Assembly (NCBI RefSeq): GCF_006345805.1
Contig: NC_043004.1
Span: 46,376,001-46,440,000, forward strand
Direction: 5' to 3'
DNA: 64,000 bases
From: Octopus sinensis
Taxonomy: Eukaryota
A model generated the notes under the pieces. That model was not told the origin of the DNA, ran no database searches, and worked only from the letters and a program-made list of their open reading frames with translations. How positions within the stretch are numbered: the first letter of the stretch is position 1; each line of letters begins with the position of its first letter. The position numbers and the translations under genes were made by a program. Below are positions 12,266-26,169 of this stretch, in pieces.

Positions 12266-14930
12266 TCTATCTATATATATATAAAACTGAGAATGTGTGA
12301 CTGTCTGTCTGTGTGTTTCCATAAAACTTGAGAACTACAAAACCAATTTCATTCAAATTTTACACATGCTTTACTTAGGGTCCATGTAGTTTCATGGGCA
12401 AAACAAATGTTCAACTTCTTGCTTAGGACGAGCCCATAGCAATATCATATCTTCTCCACTATTTCAGTATTACGTGTTAGTTAGTTAGTTAGTTAATTTG
12501 GCTCAAAAGCAAATAGCAAGGCCATGTAGGGGGACATGGAGTTAAGTACAGGGTGTAGTTCATGTAAAGAGTTCAGGCCACTTGAGGTCAAGGGAGACTT
12601 TGAACAAAGCGGTCGTCGGCATCTTCACCATCTCGTCTGGCAGCTTGCTCCACGGATCCTCAACCCGGACGGAGAAAGCTCCTCTCCTTCGATTGAGATG
12701 AAATCGTCGCAGGTAGAGCTTTTCGGAATGACCCCGCAGCCGAGAGGTTACACATTCCGCTTATGAATCTGTGGGCGAGAATGAGATCACCACGGCGGCG
12801 GCGTCTTTCTAGAGAATAAAGGTCGAGCGTCCTCAGCCTTTCTTCATAGGACAAATTTTTGAGACCATGAACCATGCGGGTAGCCAGCTTCTGGACTCTT
12901 TCGAGATGCTGTATGTCTTTGAGGAGATAAGGAGAAGAGGCTTGAATCCCGTATTCCAATATGGGTCTCACCAGCGTGACATAGAGTGGTAGGAATATGG
13001 CTGCTGTGAGCATTCCGAATGACCGTCGAATCAAGAACAGAATTCCGCGTGCTTTGTTGGCAGCATGGATGCACTGGGCCGAAGGCGAAAAGGAGGAATC
13101 CACCAAGATACCCAGGTCCTTTACCTGATCTGTCCTCTCCAGCAGCAGACGACCCGGCTCGAAATCAAGTTGAGTTGCAGGAGGAGAACCAACAGGCAGA
13201 TGACATCATTTTGACACGTTCAGACACAGGTCCCATTCGTTAGACCACCTGCAAATTTGGTGGAGGCATCGACGAAGATCATCTATATCACCGCGAGGAG
13301 CGACCAGTTTGACATCGTCGGCAAATAGAAGGGTGTGTTGCGTGAGGTCGTCGGGCAAGTCATTTATGAAGACTAAGAACAATAAGGGCCAAACACTGAA
13401 CCTTGAGGCACGCCACTGCTCGCACTGGAGACGTCGGACCGCGAACCATTAACTTGGACTTGGAAGGAGCGATCTGAGAGGAAGGCACCAACCCATCGTA
13501 CAATATCCGGATGGAAACTATATGCTTGAAGCTTGACAAGTAATAGGCGGTGGTTTACCGAGTCAAAAGCTTTGGCAAAGTCCAATAAAACGATGTCAAC
13601 AGTATCACTATCATCGAGGATGCGCGTCACCAATTCTTCCATTACCAGTAAGTTGGTCAAGCATGATCTCTTCGGCACGAAGCCGTGTTGGGAATCAGAG
13701 ATGGAGGCTGTGTTTTGGAGGTGGAGCATCATACTTTTCTTATGGATAGTTTCGAACATCTTGCTGATTATTGATGTAAGGGAAACAGGTCGGTAGTTAA
13801 GCGGGTCTTCGCGGCTCCCTTTCTTGAAAATTGGGCAGATTATCGCTGTTCTCCAGTCCGCAGGTATAACACCTGTCGCCAATGACATATTGAATAGACG
13901 TGTTAAGGGCTCGCAGATGACCGGAGCCAACGCTTTGATAACCCGTGGGTGTAAGCCGTCAGGGCCGTGACACTTGTTGACATCGAGGCCTTGAATAACA
14001 CGTTTGACTTCGTCCCGCGTGATGACCAATCGAAGCATTGGAGGTACCGATCTATCAAATGGAGGGGGTTCACGACCGTCTAAAAATGAAACAAAAACAT
14101 TTCTCTATTTTATGTCAGATATTTCACTTTAACAATAAAAATTAGAGATAATAATAACAGTTGAGTTATATGTAGTAAGTAATAAATAAAACCAAACTAA
14201 AGTATAACCTAATAATTAAATTGCAACATAACAAAAGTAAAAATAGCAATTGGTATAAAATTGCATCAATGACTTGAACTTGAATAAGTGGCTTCACATG
14301 AATGGAAATAAATTAAAATTAAAATTAGCGTGCAGAAATGGAATAGTCCAGATGGATAATAAAAAATTAAATTAAAGAAAAGACTATTGTGTATAAAGTA
14401 TACAACGTAGAGAAAAAAGAAGATTTCAATGCCTGGAGGGAAGCACCATCGAAAAGTGTCTTGGTGCGACTATGAAAGATATCTAATCAGAGGCGGTAAA
14501 TTCGCCACAATAGAAGCAAGGTTCGAGTCAACGGAGCGTGCAAGGGACTACTCGACTCGAACTTGCAAAGTGGAAATATTTTATTTTTACCTTTATATCT
14601 GGGACGTAGGACGTCCCGGATAAAAATTGAAAATGCCCCCCCCCCCCCCGCAGAAGTTGAGGTAGGCTGGATTGTAGCCACACTTCTATACAAGAGGGAG
14701 GACAAGATACAATTGATCGAAATTGCAAGAGACGGGCTTACAATTCCAGTCTGTTATATATTTTGAGTATTGTTATCACTAGCGATATCAAGATATAACT
14801 TTGTATTTTGTATTTTATGTGTAGTTGTATATTGTATATATATAGATGTACATGTAATATGTACATATATATATACACATATATACATGCACTAGCACTA
14901 TGACCCGGCAACGACGGGTCATAATGCTAG
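12266..14930 (+). mobile_element. Non-autonomous Helitron interrupted by a CR1-type LINE
   Basis: 5' A|TC-TATATATAAAA start; 3' 9-bp hairpin TATGACCCG/CGGGTCATA (14899-14923) followed by CTAG|T. Confidence 0.75.
12477..14081 (-). mobile_element. 5'-truncated CR1/L2-group LINE, RT domain with frameshifts
   Basis: ORF 13373-14038 (GPDG, NYRPVSLTS, QHGF, DFAKAFD, GVPQGS), LFADD at ~13320, ORF 12660-13106 (LVRPILEYG, LERVQK, LERRRRRGDLI), (AACT)n tail at 12477-12495. Confidence 0.92.
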
Positions 14931-15089
14931 TATCATATACAAATATATTATTTCACTATGAAGACCACATCCGTATTTCTGAAGTTTGTAGGGTAATGTA
15001 CAAAGAGTCGTTTCTTTTGTTATTATCGTGCTTCATATGTTTGTAGTGCAGTGAATGATTTTTGTGTATATTATTGTACGTTAAAGGTT

Positions 15090-15290
15090 TCAAATTTTTC
15101 CGCAGGGTGGGCAATTTTAGGGGAGGGGTAATTCGATTACATCCACCCCAATTTTCAACATATTTATTTTATCGATGGCGAAAGGATGAAAGGAAATGTC
15201 GAACTCAACGGAATTTGAATTGAAAAAGTAAAGACGGACGAAATGCTGTTGAGCATTTTCCCCTAACGATTCTGCCAGCTTGCCACCTTA
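15090..15290 (-). mobile_element. Nin/Deu-like tRNA SINE
   Basis: Minus strand ggtggcaagctggcagaatcgttag...ttcaaattccgttgagttcgacatttcctttcatcctttcgccatcgataaaat. Confidence 0.65.
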
Positions 15291-15473
15291 TGCTGTGTAA
15301 TATTATTGAGATGAACATGCATAGAGAATGAAGCATGTAAGCTGTTGTTGATGTGTGCTATGGTTATGGAGCTATTGTTAATCAAGCGGCCATTGTGTGG
15401 TAATCCTTAAATTACGTAGTATGTTGGAAGCGAATTATATATATTATAGGATGGTAGAATTGAGTAGAGAACT

Positions 15474-15690
15474 TACTCTTTTACTCTTTTACTTGTTTCA
15501 GTCATTTGATTGCGGCCATGCTGGAGCACCGCCTTTAGACGAGCAAATCGACCCCGGGACTTATTCTTTGTACGCCCAGTACTTATTCTATCGTTCTCTT
15601 TTGCCAAACCACTAAGTTATGGAGACATAAACACACCAGCATCGGTTGTCAAGCAATGTTGGGGGAACAAACACAGACACACAAACACGT

Positions 15691-15723
<33 letters not shown>

Positions 15724-15892
15724 CATATACGACGGGCTTCTTTCAGTTTCCGTCTACCAAATCCACTCACAAGGCATTGGTCGGTCTGGGGCTATAGTAG
15801 AAGACACTTGCCCAAGATGCTACGCAGTGGGACTGAACCCGGAACCATGTGGTTGGTAAGCAAGCTACTTACCACACAGCCACTCCTGCGCC
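15474..15892 (-). mobile_element. Abundant tRNA-derived SINE (GGCGCAGGAGTGGCTGTGTGGTAAG head, internal microsatellite, AGAGTAAA tail)
   Basis: Alignable by eye over full length with copies at 18551, 33221, 38646 and 43908. Confidence 0.9.
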
Positions 15893-16254
15893 TATTCACT
15901 GTGTGATTTTTACTGTTGAGAGTACTTATGTATACTGTGTGCTACGTTGATTCACTATATTGTAACTGTATCTGTGGCCAGCAAGTATGTTTTATTTGTA
16001 TGTTTCAATCATTATTAATTACTGTAATTATCCAAGTTTTGTTGATTCTGAGTTGACATTCGTGGTTTCATTTTCAGTATTCTTAACATTATTGCCTTCT
16101 AAAACGGTGGAAGTGTAGCAATGTGGATTTAGCTACATACTGTAATTTGTTTGGATTAGTCATTATTATGTTTCAGTTGAAGAGAAAGTATAACATGTAT
16201 TATATTTGCACTGACTAGTAGTACTATTTTGTGTCGATTTGTTCTAAAATTTGT

Positions 16255-16520
16255 AGTGACGCCATCTTGGAAAATCTCCAGCACGCATGCGCAGTGCTGG
16301 AATCTACCGGAAGGCCTGCTGGAAGTTCCCTCATGCGCATGCGTAGAAAACTAGCATCAGCGAAATTCACTTTTTTGACGCTAGCAGCTGAACGATACAG
16401 ACGTGTCTCCAGCAGCTCTTTCGAGCTGCTACATCGTGACGCATCCCCGATGTGCTTGAACGGGCAGGATTAACTCACTTCACTAGACTACAGCCGATAA
16501 GCTCCTAGGTTGCTGATTCG
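16255..16520. promoter_or_regulatory. CpG-rich promoter-like island (YY1-, NRF1- and ETS-like motifs, hairpins), possibly a PLE internal promoter
   Basis: CGCCATCTT 16260-16268, GCATGCGCA twice, ACCGGAAG 16306-16313, hairpin TCCAGCAC/GTGCTGGA. Confidence 0.4.
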
Positions 16521-18401
16521 CTCAGAGGAATGAAATGTTTATATTGCGAATCAAAGAATAAATATTTATACTGTTGAAGTTAACGGAAAATGTGACTCTT
16601 TCTTAAATTAATATTTAATGTAAAGGATGCGAGCAGCACCCATCCAGTGCGGGAATCTGTCCTCCTGTTACAATATCATAAGGTCCTGTTCATGTAGTTC
16701 GCTCACTCTTTTTTATAATACTACTAGCATATAATCATGGGTAGTGTGTCTGTGTCTAATCCCATCATTGCGATTATCATTGTTTTACAAGCTATAGAAA
16801 GTTTTATTTTTTGTTCATATGTATATTTTCATTCTCTTGAACTGACACCCCGATTACGTCAAATTTGTTTTACTGATTGCCATTGGCCATAACATGTATA
16901 TATTCTCCTTCATATTCCCGTTTATCTGAAGTTGGCATGATGCAAATTATAACGTCATTGTTATTTTCTCATACACCCTCCAATGAATCTGCTTGTCTGT
17001 CTAGGCAGTTTGTAATTCAGATATAGTTTCTAACCAGTGTACACTACCACTCTGTCATGCTAATATGTTTTCCCCTGGAAATACTTTTATCAATTCTCAA
17101 GTTATATTTTGTATTCTGTGTCATCATGTGTTGTAAAAATTTCAGGTTCTGAGGTTTTCAATCAATCTTAATTCAAGGTTCTAAAATTACTTTATCAATA
17201 CGTGTTGTGTTCTATCCTGTGAGTTACTTGGCTATGTAGAAGCATTTAGCGTCAACGCAACAATTCCATGTTAAATACATTTTAAAATAGTTTCTCTATG
17301 TAATGTAATCTAATGTAAGTTCTAGATTAAAAGAAAATGGCGAGTTTATCGTATTCGATTTGCATTCTATTTCAGATTGTCAGGTATTCTGTTGTTAAGG
17401 TAGATGTATGTTACACTAGCGACTGACTCTAAGTGTTCTTAAATCTTAAATTTGTTTTTTACGTTATATGCAAATACAGAAGTGAAGAAAGGGGTTGTAG
17501 CCTCGCAATAAACATCCGCACCACATGTTCTCACACAAAAGCGTATATAATGGTAGGAAAAGAGAGTGAGAGAGAGAGAGGAGACAGAAAGATTGAGAGC
17601 GAGAGGTCAAAGAGAGATAGAGAGAGAGAGAAAGTGACAAAGAAACAGAAAGGAAGAGAGTGCAGCACTTAAATGATTGTGCTTAAGTGATACACATACA
17701 TCCCTAAGCAAGCCACAAACAAACAAAAGTTACACAATTGCAGACTGGTAAAGAGAACATTCAGAGAAAAAGCAAGAATTTTTCCATTAAATACTTATTA
17801 AGAAATGCTTAAATCATTGAATAAACGAATAAACGAACGACTGAATAAACAAACGAATGAATATATGAATGTCTAAATGCATGAGTGAATTAAAGTTTGA
17901 AAACATCATCGACGAGAAACAAGCTTACACAGCACTCAACAGCTCAACTCACTCAGAGTGAGTTTCACTTCCAGACAAACAGCTCTTTTGTGTTGAATGA
18001 ATATCTATCAGAAAGTATTTATACAGCTGTGGAGAAAATGTTCTTTATTGTTCAATGAAAGGCCGTTCTCTTACCGGTTCCTTCCGCTCTGGCATTCAGC
18101 TGGAAGCTGGGTGTCGAATGAATTGCAAACCAAACACGACAAGTGGTAAGTGATGTCAGAGTAAATGTTAGCCAAGAAAACCAAGAAGAACAAAAAAAAA
18201 TACAAATTACAAGCAAGGATTATAAAACACTTGTGTATATGTGTACTGGGGGCAGAGCATGTATTTATTGCTATTGAATACAGGTGAAATTACGTTGAGT
18301 ACATCTAAGTGTCTCCATTTAATATGTAAATAAACAGATGGGAATACATGCACATACACGTACCTGTATATATACATGTCTAAATATATTCAGACAGACA
18401 G

Positions 18402-18434
<33 letters not shown>

Positions 18435-18435
18435 A

Positions 18436-18470
<35 letters not shown>

Positions 18471-18550
18471 AACACATATCTATGTATATATGAATATCTA
18501 TCTATATATATATATATGTGTGTGTATACATATATGTATATGTATATATA

Positions 18551-18956
18551 TACTCTTTTACTCTTTTACTTGTTTCAGGCATGTGACTGTGGCCATGCTG
18601 GAGCACCACATTTAGTCGAGAACATCGACCCCAGGACTTATTCTTTGTAAGCCTAGTACTTATTCTATCGGTCTCTTTTGCCGAACCGCTAAGTTACGAG
18701 GACGTAAACACACCAGCATCGGTTCTCAAGCGATGCTGGGTGACAAACACAGACACACAAACACACACACACATACATATACATACATATATACGGCGGG
18801 CTTCTTTCAGTTTCCGTCTACCAAATCCACTCACAAGGCTTTGGTCGGCTCGTGGCTATAGTAGAAAACACTTGCCCAATGTGCCACACAGTGGGACTGA
18901 ACCCTGAACCATGTGGCTGGTAAGTAAGCTACTTACCACACAGCTTCTCCTATGCC
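18551..18956 (-). mobile_element. tRNA-derived SINE, same family as 15474
   Basis: Full-length match. Confidence 0.9.
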
Positions 18957-19015
18957 TGTATATGTATAATACATATTTATCAAAAAGAAGTTTGAAAACG
19001 CCACTATGTATATTT

Positions 19016-19081
<66 letters not shown>

Positions 19082-20214
19082 ATATATGAATGGAGGGAGC
19101 GGGAGCGAAACTTCCGGGTTTATTTCAGGTAGAGAACAAAACAGACTGCTGTTTAAACTTCATTTCTCCATAAACACCTAAGCTGCAAAGCTATAACAAA
19201 TAGTCACAGGATTATCTTATTTTATTTCAGTTTTCGATGTATTTTGCCTGTTTGCACAAATGTTTCCTTCCTTGAATTCTATTCACTGGAGATTGTTATT
19301 TACAGACAAAATTAGGAGTTAGGTCATTAAATATATACAAACTAGATTAATCTTGTCATTATTTGTTTCTCAAAAGTATTGTGTATTACGTTCAAAAGTT
19401 ACATACTGTGTGCTGAATATATGAATCTGACTATATCGTAATCCTATCAAGAAAGAAGAATATGAAACCGGCTTCAACGATTATTTCAATCCTAAAACTG
19501 CGTGGAAAAATGGTACAAAACAGATTCTCTATAAATGAGCGGCTCATCCAAGAAAAGGGAACCGTCATTAGCAAGGAGAAATTGTTCCTAATATATATGT
19601 GGATACAGAAAAGGAATGAAATCGATAACCCTCGAATAATGATTCACTGTCATTAATAACAATCTAATATCACAGAAATGCACAGACTGAAAGCAAAAAG
19701 TATATCACACACACACACGCACACAAACACACACACACACACTCACACACACACAAACTTAATTTATTCCACATGGGTAGATAGAAATATAGGAGAAATA
19801 GTGGTTGACAATGCACTGAGGTTAGGTAAAATATTTTATTATTACTATAATATTTAAAGATTTAATTGGTTTCACAGTTTACACTGATTTCCGAAACAAG
19901 TTCACATAGAACGACATGGTTTATGTGGCAGCTGTCTTGCTTCTGACGAGTGTTTGAAGCTTGCCCTATTTTGATAGGGAGTTCATTGCTCAAATTATTA
20001 TGTTCTGAATGGGGCTTGATTGGTAGACGATAGTCAAATGACAGGTCGTAGAAATGTTTGTAAGTTCCCAGCTACGTCCGTGTGTTAGGCGTCGTAAGTT
20101 AAGGCTGACACGGTTAACTAAACATGTTTAGTGACTGTACCAAACAATCATTGCTCTGAATGTTTTCTTTCAAATGTTTGTAGAGAATGAACACGTGATT
20201 AAATTTAGAACTTT

Positions 20215-20250
20215 TTGTACATTTCTCGCTACGTGCCTCATCAGGTGATG
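20215..20250 (-). ncRNA. Degenerate hammerhead relic
   Basis: CTGATGA-GGC acgt AGC-ga-GAAA; no valid stem III or cleavage triplet. Confidence 0.3.
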
Positions 20251-20646
20251 TATATGCTTCAAACGTTACCGTTTTCGCTCCAAGGTATAAGCTGGTGGTG
20301 AGATGCTAGCAGTTTGGTTAAGTGAGGAACATATGGTTAGGAAGCAAAGAAAATAAAAACTCAAAGAATCTAATGTAAATAGGGAAGGGGGTATGTATAG
20401 GTGTGGTCAAGAAGTTTTTGCTAAACATTTTTAAAAATTAAAAATCTAATGTAAATGGAGGGTGTGTGTTTGGAGGGGATGTTTATGACATTAAATTGAA
20501 CGACTTAGCGTGTGTACCCCTTGGATTACTGGCTACGGCAGTCAAGTACAACGGCATGATTAAGAATTTTGGTGGAGATGTGATTCCGGGCTTTATATTT
20601 TGTGATTGGCTACGATGGCAGACACGCAGACACACATACACAAAAA

Positions 20647-20678
<32 letters not shown>

Positions 20679-20730
20679 CTCACACACACACACACCACCA
20701 CACACACACACAACACACACACACACACAC

Positions 20731-20784
<54 letters not shown>

Positions 20785-20874
20785 TACTTGGAAATGGATG
20801 TGTGGCGTTCAATCATATAATAATATAAATAAAATATATATATATAGGCATACATGCATACAGATAAGTACATA

Positions 20875-20932
<58 letters not shown>

Positions 20933-22025
20933 ATATATATTTATACATATATATATAAATATATATGTATATATATGCATATATATGCATATATATGCAT
21001 ATATGGGTAAAGGCGGTCACAAAACGTAAACAACATGAAATACGATGACACATTTTTTTGCGAACAACGAGAGAAAGAAATGGAAAACAAGACAAGTAAC
21101 ATAAAGAACGACCCTTCATCAGTTTTCGGCTGTTTATCTACTCCACATTTCGAGTAATTCAGGACAATATGTGCCTTCGAGAAAACACTTGCTCCCGCAA
21201 ACCAAAATAAGATGTGTGATTTTGCGGATGGTTACCGCATAAACACACTCACACACACGCACACACACGCACACACACATACACACATGCACACAGGTCC
21301 TAGAGCGTGGACAGAAGAAAGTTGCAAGCATGTGTAACAGCGACTTTGTCCCCAAATCCCCTGCTCATTCCTCAGCTTGTATGTGGAGATGCATGATCAA
21401 ACTGGATTGACGTAGATCCCTTTCTAATGCACACACAACCTTGCAAATTAAAAGCTATAACGGAATCGTAATCTTATTTCAAATTTCTTTGTACGTTAGA
21501 CTTCATGTTGGGATGATTGTATTTTCCACAGTTACTCGTATTGCTTTGATCACATTATAAATTAAATTATATTCTGATATACGCCAATAAATTCCAAGGC
21601 AGCACAAAATGCAATTCATCATAATTTTAATGTACTAGTCCTTTGTAATCTCCTGACATATATTTCTTTAAGACTGCATTAGACAGATGTGAATCAAATA
21701 ACTTAAATTACTAGCTGAAATGTCCTATAATAAATATACTCTAATAGTATGAAGGAGTTTGAAATTGCAATTTACAAAAATAAACTTATTTCTAGAACTG
21801 CACCACATTTTACAACCAATTCGGCGATATTTAGATTTTAGCATCCTAATAATGTCACTTAACCACCCATTTCAACGAAAATCTAGTATTTCTCTATAAG
21901 ACAATTTAACCCCTGATTCGTGTTGTACAGTATTTATTTCTCTTAACGATATATTAGCAACGAGTATAATCTACCATCTCTAATGTTCATTACTATCATA
22001 TATATATGTGTGTGTGTGTGTTCGC

Positions 22026-22100
<75 letters not shown>

Positions 22101-22547
22101 TATACATATATACACGTCTTTTTCTTCAGCAGAACACCATTAATAATACAATAGCCTTTGATTTCCACATCCAAACTGCAACTCAGAAAGGATATTTACT
22201 TTCTACTTCAAGGTCATTCCCTACAAATATTGCAATGCACAGATGTGGAACCCAGTATTACACGTTCCTTTATGCTAGTCTCTTTCTCTTTCTTTCATTC
22301 GCCCGCTTTCTTTATCTGTTTTTTTTTTTTTTGTTGTTGACGTCTGTAGCAACGCTGGTTAGTTGTGACTGGGCTAGTGTAATTCAAGCTAAATAACATT
22401 TAAATATTACGGAGATGTACTTGCATAGCAAGTGATTTGATCTGAGATCGTGTGCTGGAACGAAAACAATTGCAGCGTGGAAGGTGTTTGTAAGCCAATT
22501 AAGAAACACACAAAAGCCGTTCGATTCACTTCAACATTTAAGTTTAA

Positions 22548-22598
22548 TTTGTCAAAATATTTTCGTCGCTTTGAGACCGCAACCTGTTCACTGACAAA
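22548..22598 (-). ncRNA. Minimal hammerhead-like motif with swapped core pair (G3/C8)
   Basis: TTTGTCA-GTGAACA-g-GTTGC/ggtctcaaa/GCGAC-GAAA-ATAT-TT-TGACAAA: 7-bp stem I, 5-bp stem II, palindromic AATATT stem III. Confidence 0.6.
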
Positions 22599-22814
22599 AC
22601 TTCGTGCTGCACGACGTTTTGTATATATCTTTCGTTACTTTTCATAAAAAGCCTTTATTTTTTTTTTAGTTACAATGTACATTTTCGTTGATTTTCCTTA
22701 CTTTCCCCCTATATATGTATGTATGTTTGTGTGTGTGTTTGTGTCCGCGCCTTTAGTCGGGGAAATTGATCCCCGTAAGCCTAGTTGCTGTTTTTGTCTG
22801 CCCGTGTTTTATTA

Positions 22815-24880
22815 TCAGAGCATGTCGATCATACTGGAGTTCAGTTCGGGTTTCTTTTCAATTGATAATTGTTTGGAGTCATCAGCGAATATTTTCACTT
22901 TATGACGCGCATGAAATGTCGTTTATATAGAATATAAAGAGAAGCAGACCCAAGACAGTTCCCTGAGGCACACCACAGATGAATTTTGCTGAGCTTCAGG
23001 GGATTCCATCGATTACAACATGCGTTCTGTTCTGTTCTCCAGGAAATACTCAATCCAGTGTAGTAGTTTTACGCGGATACCAACATTTGACAATTTTGAC
23101 AGTAAGATATTGTGGTCAGCTCTTTAGGAAGCTTTACTGGGGTCATGATATATGACATCAGATTTTGAACCTGATCCTAAGGCTTTAAGGACAATCGATG
23201 TGGTGTAAAAACTGTGTTAGACAGTCCCTGCTGCTGCGAAAACCATGCTGGTTTGAATTTAGGAGATCGTGGTTCTCCAGGAAGCCAGCTATCCTTGATC
23301 TCACCACCCTTTCTAACACTTTGATGATATGGGAATTGAGTGAGATTGGGCCATAATTGACTGCGAGCGATCTGTTTCCCTGTTTGAAAACCGGAATTAT
23401 AGACTGGGATAAGAGCTTTTTCGATATATAACCTCAGTTTAAAGAATTTCTTCAGAGGTTGGTTAGAGGAACTGCAAGTTAGTGTCTACAGACCTTCAGT
23501 AGACTAGCAGACAATCTTTCAGGACCTACTGCATAATAGTATTTGATCTCATTTAATGCTGCTATGATGTCTGAAACAGTAAAGGTTATGACCGAGGTGA
23601 TATATTGGGAATCGACTTCGTTCATATCTCTTACGTCAATATGAGTAGGATCACTACAGACAGAGCAGTATTGTTTCTGCTGCACTTCTTCTATGCCTTT
23701 AGCATCATGCTGGAGAATGCCGTTATCATCGATCAGTGGAATAATGGATGAGACAGCGGTCCAATGCTTATTTGCATATAAATAGAATATATTTTGTTTC
23801 AGTTTGAAATTTTTTGATTACCCACTATTCCTCTGCAGCTCTTTGATTTTCAATGCAGATTTACATGTTAGTCTGTAGATGAATTTATTCCAACTCCAGC
23901 CTTTTCATTGTTGTTGAATGTGGATGTTTGTATATGGGAGAATTATAACTGATTGATTTTAAAAATTAAGTCAATTTAAGCTCCTGGTGAGTGTTCTTTT
24001 TCTCTGGAGGAAGCTTGTTTCTGTTTGCTACTGAAATTCGTAGGAGCGTGTTTTGAGTATGTATAGGTGACATTGTCCTCAAAGTACTGCCATGTGGTTT
24101 CAATATCAGTGGAACTGAGAGTCAAGGACCAGTTGATAAAGGACAGATATCTGATTGCTCCCAGTCAGCTTTCTGGGAGTTTATGTTGTCAAATAAGTGC
24201 AGTGGAGTGGGATTGACTAGTTTGGTTTAGAAATGCCGTAAATCTAAGTTGTAGTGATCCGGAAGGAGAGCCTTTTCAACTGAAATGCTGTGAATAGAGC
24301 AAGAGTAGTTTGTTAATATCCGATCCAAGATAGTTTTATTCTGTCTTGTTGGTTCGAGCACAAGCTGTGTCAAGAAAAATCCATCCATTAGATTAAATTA
24401 CATTAATTCTGCTGCTGCTTTGTCTGGTGTAGTGTCGTTGCTTAACTTCAGAGTATTTGTGGGCCAGTTAACATAAGGGGGGTTAAAATCACCCATCACC
24501 AGTATGATTCTGGAGTTATATTTTTGTAGGAAGGACTTGATTTTGCTGAAGCCTTATTCAAAGCACTTTAGAGGTGCTTAGATTGACCTGTAGAGACCAA
24601 CAATGGTTATATCGTTGGCCTTGTTGAATAATGATATAGACCCACAGTAGCCACTCCACTGGAAAATATGTCCTTTGCATCAACTGCAAAGAAATCATGA
24701 TGGTGAAATCTTTTATTTTCACCACGGCATCCATATGAGTGCTGTTTATGTGAATTTCCGTAACAATATAGAAAGGGATGCAGTATGCCGTTTCGGCAAA
24801 GCAACGCTCTCTATTTTCGGGCAATGAGTTGTGGGTTGATGTCACGTGCATTTAGCAGGAATGTCGAGGCAAGTGTAGTT
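22815..24880 (-). pseudogene. CR1/Jockey-group LINE ORF2 (APE endonuclease plus RT), degraded
   Basis: LLNARD, VMGDFN, IPVFKQG..NYGPISL, NQHGFR, GVPQGTVLGLLLFIFYINDI, KIFADDSK in the expected order. Confidence 0.85.
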
Positions 24881-24996
24881 TGATGTTTGTATTGTTCTAA
24901 GCGCTTAGTCTTATGCCATATGTTGTTTAATGGTAGTAGTGAAAGTAGGTATTGTATGGGGCTGTGTGTATAGTATAATGTTGTAGTTGATGGTGG

Positions 24997-25051
<55 letters not shown>

Positions 25052-25142
25052 TCAATAAATGGTGGGGTTGTGTTGACCGCACGTGGAGAAATGATAAGCA
25101 AGGAAAAAATTGTAAAAAGGCAGAATGCTAAATTGAAAGAAA

Positions 25143-25209
<67 letters not shown>

Positions 25210-25929
25210 TATATTGACATGTATGGCATTCTGAATATCATATTTATGTAAGAGTGTTGAGAGTAATCTTATACACTTGAAAATATATTTACAGTAAAAT
25301 CCAACAAACAAGCAATGCTATTTATTTCTCGCGGCGTTTGGCTTCCATTCTGCCTCGCTTTTACTGCCAAATCTTACGTTGCTAAATAATTGAAGCGGAG
25401 TTTCCAGTAGTCCAGCATAAGAAAGATTTAGTGCTTAAAATTAATGAAAGATGACATTTATAAGATTTTGTTTGCGAGAGGAGAAATGTTATTCATAAAC
25501 AAGAAATAGAGAAACGGACGGCAAGTATGTGATTTCATAGCTGATATGTTGTATCGAATGAAACCAGTTCTAGACACGATAGAAGAAGAGTACTTGAGTA
25601 GGTTGTTGATGGAAATATTTGTAAAATTTGATTGATTTCGTATAAAACTATTCATATGTTCAAAAAGAGAGCTTTTAATATCATCATTTATCAAATATCC
25701 TGGCTAATGTCAAGTAGTATCATTATCCTAATACAATTCTCGATATATATGGATAACGTGTGTATGCATTAATGGCTCAGCGTCCGATTCGATAATATAT
25801 TATATACGAAGTAAATATCAGAGTGTAGTGTACAAAGACATTCCATGTATATGATGATTGGAAGCATTTATCTGAATTCAGTAATTAGAAAGTGTATATG
25901 TCTGTCTGTCTATCTATCTATCTATCTAA

Positions 25930-26001
<72 letters not shown>

Positions 26002-26169
26002 TTATCTTCCAATCTGGCTGTCTGATTGCCTGTGTATCTGTCTATGTACACACTCACAACACACATATACATATAAATATGTGTGTAAGTGTGTGTGTAA
26101 GTGTATGTTTATGCATGTCTGTACACGAGCGTTTTATTATCTGACGTATGAAAAAAATGTAGAACATTT

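Noticed and set aside
21100-21175. Type II (permuted) hammerhead on the minus strand, GAAA preceding CTGATGA
   Set aside because: No NUH triplet or stem I can be placed; at best a relic.
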